Notes: a model not told the origin generated them from the letters alone. A stretch of DNA of 64,000 nt from Camelus ferus (GCF_009834535.1 NC_045696.1:97900001-97964000); one strand, 5' to 3'. Numbered from the stretch's first letter, positions 13,470 to 26,930 are shown. Numbers and translations are program-made.

Positions 13470-14200
13470 AAATTTGGATACAACATCAGACTCATTTAAA
13501 AGTTGCAAGATCAGTACAAAAAAATTCCTGTATACCTTTTACCCAGATTCCTCAAATGTGAACATTCTGCACAGCATCATTTGCTTTCTCATCTTTTCTA
13601 TCTCCCTCTCTCTCTACACACACAGACTACAGGTGTTATAAATATATGTATACTCATATTTCCTAAAAACAAGAATATTCTTATAATAAACATAATATAT
13701 CAAAATTAGGAAATTAAAAATGATTCAATACCACAGATCCTGTTCACATTTCACCAACTATTCTAATCATGTTCTTTATAAAAATAGAAAATCCAGCTCA
13801 TATACTGTGTTCAGCTGGCATGTCTTCTTAAGTCTCCTTAGTCTGGAGCAGTTCCTTGGTCTTTGTCTTTTACAACTTCGACGTTTTTAAAGAATATAGG
13901 GCAGTTGGCAGTCACTTTGCAGAATGTCCTACAATTTGGCTTTGTCTAATGATCAAACAGACCCAAACTGGGTTTCCTCACGATCAGATTTAGGTTATGC
14001 ATTTCTGGGCGAGATTCTCACAGAAGGGATGTTGTGTTTTTCTCAGCATACCTGTCAAGAGGCACAAGATGTTGATTTGTTCCCTTCCTGGTCATGTTCA
14101 TTTTGAGCACCTGGTTAAGGAGGTGTCTGCCAGGTTTTTCCACTGTAAAGTTACTATTTTTCCCCTTATAATTCATAAGGATCTTGTGGGGAGCAAAGTT
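13470..14200 (-). mobile_element. Old L1M fragment in CP intron 18
   Basis: Degenerate L1MC/MD-like motifs (GTCTGCCAGGTTTTTCCACTGTAAAGTTAC); boundaries approximate. Confidence 0.5.
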
Positions 14201-14399
14201 AATTTTTCTTTAAGTAAATCAGTACTAGAATGAGAGATGTCTTTTAACATATAAAGAGCAGAATATAAATGAACCAAGAATAAACAAAATAACTGCAAAA
14301 AATTAGAATACATTTCTAATCTAAGCATCATGTACCAATGTTTTTAACCATATGATATATACTATTTTTAATAATGGTCTTAAAATTTCTTTTCTATAG

Positions 14400-14416
14400 A
14401 GACCAAGTCTGGCTGA
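14400..14416 (+). CDS. CP: Ceruloplasmin terminal exon 19 (secreted isoform), coding part ETKSG*
   Basis: tttctatag|AG ACC AAG TCT GGC TGA; phase matches exon 18; human ends DTKSG*. Confidence 0.93.
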
Positions 14417-14420
14417 AAGA

Positions 14421-14426
14421 AATAAA
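14421..14426 (+). terminator. Candidate proximal poly(A) signal of CP (AATAAA); a second hexamer ATTAAA is at 14520-14525
   Basis: Hexamers are visible just 3' of the stop codon; usage cannot be determined from sequence. Confidence 0.35.
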
Positions 14427-14492
14427 TTGGTGATAAGTGAAAAAAAAGAAAAAACAATGATTCATAACAATATATGTGAAAGTGTTTAACAG

Positions 14493-14522
14493 AATGCTTA
14501 CTTTGGAATGGTGATAAGCATT
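14493..14522 (+). promoter_or_regulatory. GAIT-like 3'UTR stem-loop of CP mRNA
   Basis: AATGCTTACTTTGGAATGGTGATAAGCATT begins 77 nt after the stop. It resembles the human CP GAIT element in sequence and position as I recall it; outer stem AATGCTTA/TAAGCATT. Confidence 0.75.
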
Positions 14523-14957
14523 AAAAAAAAGACTGAAATATACACTTTTGTGCATTTGTGGGGAAAACTGTGTTATACTGTTTCATATGAAAGGATCAAC
14601 AGGCTGTATTGTGGCACATGACTGACTCTAGTACACTTGGTAATACAATTGATCAGTATAGGCCGTTCATATCACCACTGTTATGGCCTTACAAAACTGT
14701 ATTTAAGAAAAAAATCTATGACCAGATGTTGCCCTGGACAGTCCTCAAAGGATCACTACTGAGATTCAATGAAGTGTTTCCCAACTTTGACTTCCAGTCA
14801 GTCCCTCTAACATGCTGCTGACATTATTCCTAAAGAACCAGTGGACCTGGGGGCACAGGTGTAGAGGAAGTAAAATAAAAAATAGCACTAAAATAAGATA
14901 AAATATTAATAATAAAATTTCAAAAATAAAAGTTTAAATTGAAAAAATCTTTAAATG

Positions 14958-15007
14958 AAAAATAAAATAAAATAAAATAAAATAAAATAAATTAAAATAA
15001 AATAAAA
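14958..15007 (+). repeat. (AAAAT)n pentanucleotide array within an A-rich block (14870-15007)
   Basis: Read directly from the sequence. Confidence 0.9.
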
Positions 15008-15292
15008 TGATGTCAATCTGAGTTTTGTGAACCCTTGAAGACATGGTCAAAAGGATGTTAATCTGAAACTGGAGAGAGGCAGAGTTACGAAACAAATCTA
15101 TAAATTAAATCCTGGTAAAGATGAGAGTTGCCATTAGGAGATAAGTTTTCAAAATATGGTTGTGAAAACACCAGGTGAGTAGCATTTTTGCCCAGCCTTA
15201 ACCAAAGTCTAAGCACACCATCAGTGAGCTGAACTTGGACTCAAAATCGTTTAATAAGAGGCTAAAAAAGAAAACATAGTTCTTTATACTTC

Positions 15293-15298
15293 TTTATT
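15293..15298 (-). terminator. Candidate HPS3 poly(A) signal (AATAAA on the - strand)
   Basis: TTTATT on the + strand, about 670 nt 3' of the HPS3 stop, followed on the - strand by a T-rich tract. Confidence 0.55.
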
Positions 15299-15968
15299 TT
15301 CACATAAACTCTAGCTAAGAGCAAGAGTACACATCAACAAAAAATGGCAACAGGGCTTTGGCTGAAAAACATGCATTCAACAAATCACGTTAATAGCCAG
15401 ACAAGAAGAAAGTTAGCTTTGTAAACGTCTATCTCATTTGATACAGAGAGTAACACAGCAGTTACCTTTAAAAGTAACATGAAAATAAAGTTTGAAATCT
15501 TCTACTGTGGGGACACATTAACATCTTTCTCAAAGAATATTAGTTTTTAAAAAAGTGACCCGAGAAATCTGGAAAAAATCAAGACAGTTAAATTCTAGGC
15601 CACTTGGAGTGACATTCTTTCGAGCATACTTACAAAATGTTTGTGTCCCCGGGATGATAAAGATTGTCGTGTCTCCAGCAACAGTGAATTGATGTTCCCT
15701 GGTATAAAAGTCAGTCTCTACCTTTAAAAATACACGCCTTCTTTGAGGAAATTCTTATGTCTTGTAGCTTTTTTACATTCTGGACAATGAAATGGATTCA
15801 GGTCATAAATTATGAAGCTAATAATACCACTATGGTATGCAGCCTGAAAGCACTTGCCATATATGTCCATATTCAATATAAAAATGCTTGATTTGTGTTT
15901 TTTATCTGGCATTCAATTTTCAAAAATTCAGTCTCATAAGCCATTGTGGTATTTTTCAAATGATACCT

Positions 15969-16121
<153 letters not shown>

Positions 16122-16690
16122 TTAGAACTGATTTTCTGTCTTTCATCTGATTCTCTTAATCACTCAACCAATTAGAGGCTGATTCAGGTGACAAAATGTT
16201 ATAAGAGAAAGGGAGAAAAAAAACAGTGTCTTAAATCCACAGACTGCTTTATAGTCCTAACAACTTATTTTTTCTTTCTAGAATCCGTTGAAGTTTATTT
16301 TATACTAGCCCCATGCAATTTTTACTTACGATTTCTTTGCTGGAGTATTTATTACATTATTTATCAATAGATTCCTATTACCCTCTAAAGAAAAACAATC
16401 AATTGACTACTGTTTTTACTGTTAGGAGTATACTTGCAGCTAATTTATAAAGACTTCGCTAGGATAGGAAATACTATTAATTGTTGGATGACATTCTCCT
16501 CAATCAGTTCCTCTCTGTTATAAGATTTTCATGTTATTAATAAGCACAAATCTGTTTTCAAAACCATTTACTTTTTTTCAAACTGCAAAGTAATGTGTTC
16601 TAATGAACATTTTAAATATTAAGAAATTCAGTAAACATTTTTGTAAAGATAACTATGTAATTTTTATTCTATTGCTTCTTGATACATACA

Positions 16691-16706
16691 TGCTGCCCTC
16701 TGCTGG
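16691..16706 (-). promoter_or_regulatory. CTCF consensus motif
   Basis: CCAGCAGAGGGCAGCA on the - strand closely matches the CTCF core, in an AT-rich intron. Confidence 0.6.
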
Positions 16707-17652
16707 GAAGAGAAGGGGTGACACTTAAGAACAATGTTCTCAGTAAACATTCTTTGGTGACAATCTCCTGTGTGATCCTCGCATGCCCACCACTTACTCT
16801 ATTTGCAGAGTGACCCAAATATCAAATCTCCTGCTCAGGTGTGTGTACCTTCATCCAAAGTTATCTGTCCAGTATTCAGCAACCTACATCATCCATTACA
16901 CAAAGGAATAACATGCTCTTGTTCCTACAAAGTTACTGAGTGGTGCAACAGTGAGGAATGGGAAAGACCCCCATCTCTGCAGTCATATTTGGGCAGCGAT
17001 CACACTCGTCTACCTGCGCTCTGGGTGACTTTAAGAAAATCACTTAACCTCCTGAGTCCTAGTTTCCTCATCTCTAATGTAGGGGTACCACCTGTTAGCT
17101 TCCAGAGTCCTTTGAGAATTAAATTAAAATACGAGACATATCTGACAAAAAATAGAATCTTTTAATAAATAACAACTACTAATTAATTTGCAAAGCCCAT
17201 GAATTATCAATGCTTTCCTAGCAAACTAGTTTACTTGGCCTAAACGTGGAACCTGTTAAGTAGTATCCTAGATACAAAAAACTGAGTGAGTGTAAAGCAG
17301 TTATAGAACCAACAAAAATCTTGCCACTGCTCTGTTCTCTTCTGCCATCTCTCTTCTGCCCTGGCAGAGGGGCTAAAACAGGTTATTACTCCAAGAACAA
17401 CGTCAACATCTTAAATCTGCAGAGTACTTTAAATCCTCCAGTCTGTACAGAAAATATCTGTCAAATGTTAAAAAATAGTTATTTCGGGCTAATGGGACTG
17501 TAAATGACTTTTTAAACTTTAGGTTTCTAATTTACTACAGTACTAGAATTTTTACTAATAAGCACAGTTCATTATCACAAAAACAGTAATAACTATTTCC
17601 TTGAAACTAACAAGCCAACCACTAACCCCAGTTTCAACGGCTCTGCATTAGT

Positions 17653-17848
17653 GCAACGGTTCTCAGCTAGTACAATTTTGCCTCCAGGGGACATCTGGTA
17701 ATATTTGGAGACATTTTTGTTTTAACTGTGCAAGTGCTACTGGTATTTAGTGGGTGGAGGTCAGGGATGCTGGTAACATCCTAAAATGCACAGGGGACAC
17801 AAATATCTGGTTCGAGACGTTAGTCGTGACATGGTTGAGAAATGCTGC
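17653..17848. mobile_element. MER20-like hAT DNA transposon fossil
   Basis: Terminal inverted ends C..CGGTTCTCA / TTGAGAAATGCTG and internal CCAGGGGACATCTGG...GGAGACATTTTTG. Confidence 0.6.
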
Positions 17849-18323
17849 GCTAGAGAGTAAGAAATCCAAGCTCCTACGCATATTATATACGCCCCGACCT
17901 TCATCTTGCAATTCTGCCTAACTTTACCTAGAGTAAATTTTAAAATTTGCCTACTTTTACTCTAGAGTCAACCCCGAACTTTTCATCAGTCCCAGGCAAT
18001 TAAAAAATCAGCTTGCTTCTGGTTACTGACTAAGGAGTAGACTTGGAATTTAGTTTCAATTCTCCTAGCTCCAGTCCTGGTCTCTTCTCTGTATACCACA
18101 GCTGCCAACAGAGAGAGACCCCCCCCCACCCCTTGAAAATGAATCTAAGGTTATTCAGGTGTCTCCTCTTCAAATCAGTAAATAGTTATAGAATGTTTCC
18201 TATGGAGAGCATGTTGCTGGCAAGGACAGTGCAACATGAAAAATGAGTAACACACTATGCCAGCTTTGGAGGTATTACAGTCCAATAAAGGTAAATCACA
18301 CACAGCACCTAGTCCCATGAGCC

Positions 18324-18426
18324 AGACACATATATACACACATACACGTGTGTGCATATACACACATATGTATGTGCACGAATGTGTGTACACATAATAT
18401 ACACATGCACAGGTGTGCGCACACAG
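18324..18426. repeat. Alternating purine-pyrimidine (CA/TA/TG) compound microsatellite
   Basis: Read directly from the sequence. Confidence 0.85.
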
Positions 18427-19479
18427 ATATTGTAAAGATATAGAAAAATGGAACATTTGGAGGAATGATTATGGGTAAGTTATGCGTAGAGAGTTTGCGG
18501 ATGTGGATCAGAAAAGGATGAAGAGAGTCTTTTGACTAAGAGAGTGACGTGGCTGGGTGAAGACGTGGGATATCTGCGTTGGAAAGTGACCCACCATAAG
18601 TTCAAAATTATGAGATAAATTTGAGCTGGACAATCAAACACATGACACCTCCACCTTCTGAAGACCAAAAAATCACGCAGGGAGAGGGGTAGGACAAAAA
18701 GTTAGTATAAAGTCCCCTCCTTGTCACTCCAATCATAAATATACAACTTTACTTAAAGGGAGATCTCCAGAAAAACGCTGCTCAGTGCCTACCACTTTAA
18801 AAGTCAATTACCTCAGCTGGAAAATACATTTCCAACACTATTCACTTCTAACATTTTATGTACACTGATATCAATATAACCATGCCTTTGTCATCAGGCC
18901 AACCATTAACTAGTGATATTAACACACAAAAGTAGAGAAACTGATACCCATATATCTACCCAGATTTATAAATGACTATGAATTATAAAAATTCAAACAA
19001 CTACCTATGCTGTAAAATACTGCATAATTTAGAGACACTAAACTTTGAAATCTTTGAGAAATTTGTCAGTCCTTAGTACTTGTTTATAATTATGATTAAT
19101 AATCATAGTAACTTAATTTCCTACATGAAATAAATTAAGCACCCAGACCATTAATAAAAAATGTACTCATCCTAATGGCTATTCAGATTTGTTAAATGCT
19201 GAGGTTGTAAGTTTCTCTGATGGTGATAATTTGTTGGTAGAAAAGATTAACTTAAAAGCATCAGCTCTGGAGCTAAAAGAGATAAATGAATACCATGTGT
19301 GGTAGAGGGGAACATATGAATGCTGAAAATAAGTTCTCCAGATGGTTCTGCTAAGACCATCTTCCCTACACTTGAGAATCACATGAAAAACTAGAGAAAG
19401 CAAGGCTTCAGCAGATTAAGGAAACTAAAACTTAGACCCTCAGTTAAACTTAATAATCAAGCCAAAAAGATTATTTTAC

Positions 19480-19570
19480 CTTTCAGTGATGACAGATAAA
19501 GTTGATATTTCTCTCCACCACATTTTATTCTTTGACAAAGTTCAGGCAGCAGTTTTTTCCACCACAAAGT
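19480..19570 (-). CDS. HPS3: HPS3 exon 16
   Basis: agatag|ACT...AAAG|gtaaaa, 91 nt. Encodes [30 protein letters not shown]. Confidence 0.95.
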
Positions 19571-20167
19571 CTATCTTAGGGAAAAATGAATACTTTTTAA
19601 GTTTGATGCATTTTATATTCAGATTGCCAACAAGAACAAGAAGGTTGTGCTGGGAAGCGCAGGGCAAAACACATCATCTTGGTTAAGGGCATCAGACTTT
19701 GTTAGAACAGTCATCTGCTTAAACTATAACATAGAATTCAGATTTGTAACCAGATGTGTATTGTACATACGTACATGGCTATTTTCAAGAATAAACACAG
19801 ACATGTCCTGTTATCAACTCTTAGATGGCAAGAAAGAAGGAAGGAACAAAAGAAAAAGTACTAAAGTCAAAAACTCTTCTAATTTCTAAAGACCAGACAG
19901 CCCAAAAAGAATTTTCCCAGCATGCATTATATTTCCCAAATTTTCAAGTAGTAGCCTACTTTATCACCAAACAAGAGATTTTTGATGACGATAACATACC
20001 AGCACCATACATTTTAATATTCTCTAATAGTACTCAAAATACATAACACGTTAAACATACATGTTCTTCTGACCCATACAGCCCCACAAGGTTGGACTGG
20101 CACAATCTGTCCACATTTCGCAGAGAAGGCAACAAGATTATCATCTGATTATCATTGATAAAGCCTA

Positions 20168-20398
<231 letters not shown>

Positions 20399-21404
20399 CT
20401 ATGAACAGAAAAGTGAAATGTTATGGAATGAGGTACCCGAAAAACTAATGCACAACATACAGAATACAGTTTTTTAAAAAAGACTAAACCTCACTTGCCA
20501 ACAAAAGAAGAATGCAATTTTAGAGCACATGCTATATGGTATTTACTAAGTCTAAGTAGACCGAAGAATTAAATCATCCTGAAACCACCTCTAGTTTAAA
20601 GAATAAAAATCTGCTTAATGGAAAGCATTTTTAAAATAGCACGATTTTATTTGCTTTGGCTAGACTGCATATTAACACTCATGGGAATGCTTTAAGCCTC
20701 TACCCTAAGAAAATAATCCACATGGTGGTCAAGACTTATGTCCAGTGATGTTCACCTCAAGAATATTTATAATATTGAAAAACTAGAAGAAACCTGAATG
20801 TTAAACAAGAAGTAAATGAGTAAATAAATTATGAGTATATTCAAATAATGGAATATTTTATAGTTCTCAAAATTGTTTTCAAAGGCTAGCTAATGACAAA
20901 ATGCTCATGATAAAATTAGTGAAAAATCTCAGTACAAAATTATATTCAGAGCATGATCAGTTTTGCAAAACCTACATAAGGTCCACGCACATCTAGAAAT
21001 GCCTTTGGAAGAGCACAAGATTTGACACAGAGACCAGCTTGTTGGCTGGGAGGACAAAGCCCATTTTTTATTTTCTTTTTCACACTTCCCTGTATTTTCC
21101 AAGGTTTCTATAATAAGCACTCACTACATATAGAACTAAAAATAAAATTTAACATTTAAGAAAACTAAAGCAATCATTAAGAACCTAATCATCTCTATCA
21201 ATACCATTCACCACAAGCTGAATGACATCAAGCAAGTATTACTTTAGTTCTCACAACTTGACCAATATTTTACTTTTAAGCATTTAAACTATAAATACTA
21301 CTTTTGATACTGCCACCAAAATAATCTCTGCTTTCCCGTTCTTCTGGATAAAGATGAGATGGTCATAGCCTGATTTTCTTCTTCCTGTATCCTTTTTGCT
21401 ACAG

Positions 21405-21508
21405 CATCTCCTCAGACTCACAGGAGGATATGGAACATGAACTATCCATTTACAGTCAGCGTCATTATTTTATTGCACATATCTACCAAGGAATGGCTTG
21501 GAGAATAA
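21405..21508 (+). CDS. CP: Ceruloplasmin alternative terminal exon encoding the GPI-anchor signal (GPI-CP isoform)
   Basis: Long pyrimidine tract then ctacag|CA TCT CCT CAG..., phase 1 like the exon 18 donor. Encodes ASPQTHRRIWNMNYPFTVSVIILLHISTKEWLGE*, homologous to the GPI-CP tail (human ASSETHRRIWNVIYPITVSVIILFQISTKE as recalled). Confidence 0.9.
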
Positions 21509-23971
21509 GGTTGGTCCTTTTCCTTCCTGAAAGTTTAATAATCACCTTTGTCTGAATAATTTCCTGACAATAAGGTAGCAAATATGAAATAAGGTGATAA
21601 TCTACCACTCACAGCCTCCCCCCAAATGAAAGAAAACACAGATTATTTCTATATTCAACTCTTGATGTATCAGGATAGTGATGGGGTAGGAAAGAAACAA
21701 GGCATGGGTAACCCAAACTGCGGTTAAAATGAAACCAGTCAAAGCTTGGTACAAAATGGACTACCCATGAACTTTTAAGTGGTTGTATCCGTATCACCAA
21801 GAAGTTTAAAAATTAGAAACACTGGACAACACATGTCACTGGATAAAAAATGGTCCAAGCATTACTGCTACTATTTACACTCTCATTGTTATCTGCTTCC
21901 AAGCAGAGTGCTCCATTTTTTTTTTTTTAATATTGAAAATGAACTCTCCACCCCCAAGACATTCACTATTTATTCCCATTTCTGATCTAGATCCCTCACC
22001 CTCAGCTGACTCCGTGGGGCTGGAATCCATAGAATTCTGTCTTCTCCACCTACACAATCACACCTGTGGCTCTAAGAGAGGTGGCTGGCAAGAAGGTGGG
22101 GAGGGAACCAGGAAAATTCTGATGAAAGGCAAGGCGTTTACTAGTTACTGCATCATTCTAAAATAGCGGCTTTTGGAAATGTAGATGATTTACAGATTGT
22201 TTTAATTTTTGACAACTATACTATTAGAGTGATTGAGGACAAGAGACTGAGATTTACATCAAATCTGCTTGGTGGTGGTGAGCCGGTGGGTAGAGGCGAG
22301 TCATACAATTGTGGAAAAGCTTTCTAGGTGATTCTGAAGCTCCTCATTCCTCTAGGGGAGAACAGATGAGATCTTTTTGTTTCTTGATGGTTATTTTTAT
22401 TCTTAATGACTAGGACTAGTTGACTCAGATAATTTAGAAAGAGTTGTAATTAGGAAAAGGATTTAGAAAAGTTTAGGCTGACTAAACTTTCTATCCTTTA
22501 ACAGCAAAGATTCCCAGAAAGAAGATACCCTTTTTAAACTTTCAAATGGATTTTAAAAGATCACTGAATTACACTTTTAAAGCAGAGATTATAAACAGGC
22601 TTTGAAGCTTTATCAGGTGAGATTTAATACCACTTACTACAATTATAATTTAAAATCTGTAATTAGTATATATGTTGTAGGAGGGCAAGTCCCGTCTGCC
22701 TCGTCCAGTGCTGTACATCAATGACAGTTACGGCACATGATCAAAGAATATTTGGGGAATGAACGAGTCTGAGACTAAGCCCTCAGCAGCCTCTGTATTG
22801 TAGTACCCTTTTAGGGTACTAGAGCTAGGAACCAAGAATCCTCTCTGGCAATTTTTTTCAAATGTAAGCAACACTATTTCTGAAGACATCGCAGGCTGTC
22901 TAGAGGCTAAGACTACACAATGTGGTCTCTTGAGCTTCCTGTCCTGACCTCCATCCCCAATTTGACAATTTTGTTTCTATAAGCAAAAATCACACTGACA
23001 CCAGTTCCCAGTGTAAACTGGGGTTGCAAACTCAAAAGCCTAATGAGGTCACACAGATGATGAAAATGCACCACGGCAGCTGGGTGTAAGGAACATGGAT
23101 GCCAGACACTCAGCACGTGGACCGGGAGACATGGAGATGAGACTGGCAGACTGGACGGCGCCAGCACGGTCCAAGGAGGGCAGCCCCCAGGCAGCTCCAA
23201 CCCGCGGTCTCAGGGACCAGGGTTACCGCTGAATGGAAGTTCTGCTGAATTTTTCAAAACAAACTTGAAACTCAAAATTCTTGATTTGAAATCTCAATTT
23301 GGCAGCTACTGTTGAGCTACACTGGGTAGACCAAACAAAACAGATAGGAGGATTATATTCTGTCCTTGGGCCACTGACTACATTAAATAAATCACATACA
23401 CATCTAGCCTGGTCCGATTCACCAAGTCAAATATGGACTTTATTTCTCATTGCCAGTCAAAACACTGTCAGAGTCAGAATTCTTGCCGGATGGTCTACAT
23501 TCTCTTGACTGTATTTGTTATTTTTAAAACAAGCCTTTCAGGAGCTTATAAAGCTGGCTACTTTGATTTACTTCCTATAAGACAGAGAGTAGTGCCTGCC
23601 TTAGGCTAGAGGACTAGACTATGTGAGTGAACACTAAAATAAAAGTGACTGACATCAGTGAAAACACAGCACATTTGCCATACTTTCAGTTTCCCAAAGT
23701 GATTTCAAGTACATCCTGAAAATGAGGCTAGAAGGTCACAGGACTTGGTGAAGCTCACTCATCCACCGGCAGCAACCCCAGCCTTCCCGTCTGCAGTTTC
23801 GGGCAGAGACAGGAATTCCCACAAGAGCTCCTGAGGAGGTCTAACAGTAGATTTCGTCCCCAAAATTATATACTCTAGTTAACAGGACACCAGGTGTCTT
23901 ACCAAATTTAAATCTTATACTATATTGTAATATGCATAGTCATTTTTTTTCAAAGGGGCATTTTTATTTAC

Positions 23972-24079
23972 CTGTAATTTTGAAAGCTCTTCCATACAAT
24001 TTTTATCAGCTAAGGAATCAGATGATATTAAGACATTAACCCATGGAGAGATTAAGCCATAATGACTGCAACTGTTTAT
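23972..24079 (-). CDS. HPS3: HPS3 exon 14
   Basis: ttttag|ATA...ACAG|gtaaat, 108 nt. Encodes [36 protein letters not shown]. Confidence 0.94.
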
Positions 24080-25019
24080 CTAAAATATAAAAGAAACTTA
24101 TCGTAAGTAAAATACAGCAAAACAAGATTTTCTTCATCTATCCCACAAACAGCAAGCAATCCCTAACCTTCTGCCATGTTGCAAAATTAGGTATACGTTT
24201 TCCTCAGAGTGGGAAGAAAGCCTTAGAATATATTCCCCTGGAAAAAGTTTCAGCCTTGCTGCTTCGCACTGAATAAATCTGTACTGGATATCTCCTAATG
24301 TTTTACCTTTAAGACGATTTCGAAGAGGCACTTTCTAGCAAAAAGGGTATTATGGCCTTTAAGCTAATTATACTCAAAGAAAGCTAACAGTAATACTGAA
24401 AATAATTTTTATTTCTACCACTCTCCTTCGGAGGCAAAATCTCTTCCATTAAGTTCTCAAGACAATTCCCATAAAGACTCCCTTATTCAAGAAAACCCAC
24501 ATTAGCCATGGCATCCATGACGGGTGAAGGGGCAGCTAGGACTGCGGGAGCAGGAAGGGTAAGAACAGAACTGAGAGGGCAGTGGGGACTGCAGAACAGC
24601 TCTTGTGTGTGCAGCCGAAGGAAGGGGGAGTCTAGGAAGGAAGTGTCTCTCCCACAGGCCTTCTGCAGCCCCTCTCCCCTCAGGGAGGTCTGCAGCTCCC
24701 TCTTCTCTTGTGTTCCACTTCATGGCCCTCTCCTGATGGAGCACAGACGGGCCTGGGGAAAAGCCCCTTCCCCCGCAAAGGGCTGCTGAGGCACCACTGC
24801 AAGTGAGTAAGACAGAGCAGTGGGGGGCGCTCTTTAGAATACAGCATTCAAAATGTGGACAACTTCACTCACACACAAGTTTTAAGTGTGTTTTTAACTC
24901 CTGCTTTAAAAAAATCTGGTAATAAGAATTATGTTTGATTTTATACCATTAAAAATAAGAAGGGTCATTATCATAATGGGTAATATACATAAAGTTGAAT
25001 TCACTGCACTATTCCATTA

Positions 25020-25244
<225 letters not shown>

Positions 25245-25557
25245 TCAGATAAATACAGTACTGATCAAGTTACAGCTGGTCTGAGTAGCACTCCATCACG
25301 TGGGCCATATAGTCAATAATTTATCATTAGCATCAGCGTCATGGCAAAAGTGAATTTAGACATTGTAATGGGAAACACACTCCAGGTCACATTAACAGAA
25401 TTTTTCCAGATACATTCTTCTAATCTGTACTTTTGTAAATGGTTCTGTGTCTGTTTTCTCAATAAACAAAGGAAAACTCACTTCTCTTATTCTGTTCCCC
25501 ACCCCACACCAACTTCACCAGACCATCCAGAACAATTACCTTTTCAAAGCAACACAC

Positions 25558-25743
25558 CTTAAAGAAGGAATCTGCTTCTTCAATTCCAATTTTGTTGTTC
25601 TTCTGTAAGCCTAGGACTGAAGCCACTAGCAACCCAGGCTGTGTCTCCTTCAAGTGAACTGCAAACTCAGTTGGAACAATCTGTCCCTTCCTCTGCTGAA
25701 TCAGGAGCCGAGGTTCCAGGATGAAGCCACATACCAACTTCAT
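25558..25743 (-). CDS. HPS3: HPS3 exon 12
   Basis: ctgaag|ATG...TAAG|gtgtgt, 186 nt. Encodes [26 protein letters not shown]...DSFFK. Confidence 0.95.
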
Positions 25744-25830
25744 CTTCAGAGAGAAAAAGAAATTTAGGAACAGAAATATACATTGCATTCATCTTCCAAA
25801 CACATGCTAGTGCATTCAAAAGTCATGGTT

Positions 25831-26025
25831 AAGGACCTACTGTGTAGCACAGGGAACTATACTCAATTTCCTGTAATAACATATAATGGAAAAGAATCTG
25901 AAAAAAATATACATGTATGATATGTATGTATTTGTATAACTGATTCGTTTTGCTGTACACCTGAAACTGACATTACAAACCAACTACACTTCAATAAAAA
26001 ACAAAATTAAAAAAAAGAAAAAAGA
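25831..26025 (+). mobile_element. L1 3' end fragment (artiodactyl type) with poly(A) tail
   Basis: AAGGACCTACTGTGTAGCACAGGGAACTATACTCAA...GCTGTACACCTGAAACT...AATAAA followed by an A tail. Confidence 0.8.
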
Positions 26026-26930
26026 ATCACAGTTAAGCCATTAATAATTTAATTTCAATTTTTTCCTTAACCATAAGTTCTAAGGACATCATGGATAACA
26101 GTCTTTCTAGAAGTTACTATTACTTAATTAAGCATCAAGGTGTCCTATTTTGTAGACACCTTTATATTTAGGTCTATGTAAGTTTTTTCAAAATTATGAA
26201 GAGCAAATTCATCTTTCTAGAATACTACTCTTCACAGCAGAGGACATCTCAGAGTTGACTTGCTATCCTCATAACAAAACGTGCCATTGGATAGCAATAA
26301 AGCACTCCTGCTCTTCTTGAATAGGCTTGAGACATAATAAGTGCTCAATTAATGTCTCCTCTTAATTTCCTGCCCGAGTGATTAGCGTCTTTGGCTCATG
26401 TCCCTGAATGGCCTCTCCTCCATGGGGAAGCTGCCTTTTCTTCAAAACGCCACTCAAATGTCCAGTCCCCCACACAGTCACTTGTGACTTTTCCCAAGTG
26501 CTGGCTATTTCTGCAACTACCTGACTCTGGAGGCTCAAGGTTAATATCCTACTCGCTGTACTCAAATACACACCACTGTTCTGTTTCCAGTGGATACACC
26601 ACACCGTCCCCTCACACCAGTCAGACTGTCGGCTCAGGGAAGGGCCTGCATAGTCTTCGGTACCAAGCACCGTGCTGTGAACATGCCTGACACCAAGCTG
26701 AAAGGTCGCTGTATACCCACCACTGCCATTTACCATTCATATTTCTTTTCCATTTGCCAAATCCAAAGCCCAAGCACTATCACTTTGGGTCACTTCCTCT
26801 CTAATATTAAGTCTGTTTTCCTCTACAACTAAGAAAAAATGAGCTGCACAGAAGCCAGGAGAAAGCTAAACACCCCAGGACCACTGGGTCCTATTTAAGC
26901 CTGCTGTCAATACCAGGGAGGGCACCGTAC

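Noticed and set aside
15633..15699. Exon-like segment on - in the HPS3 3'UTR (ttttataccag...|gtaagt)
   Set aside because: No coding homology and no supporting partner exon; such pseudo-exons are common.
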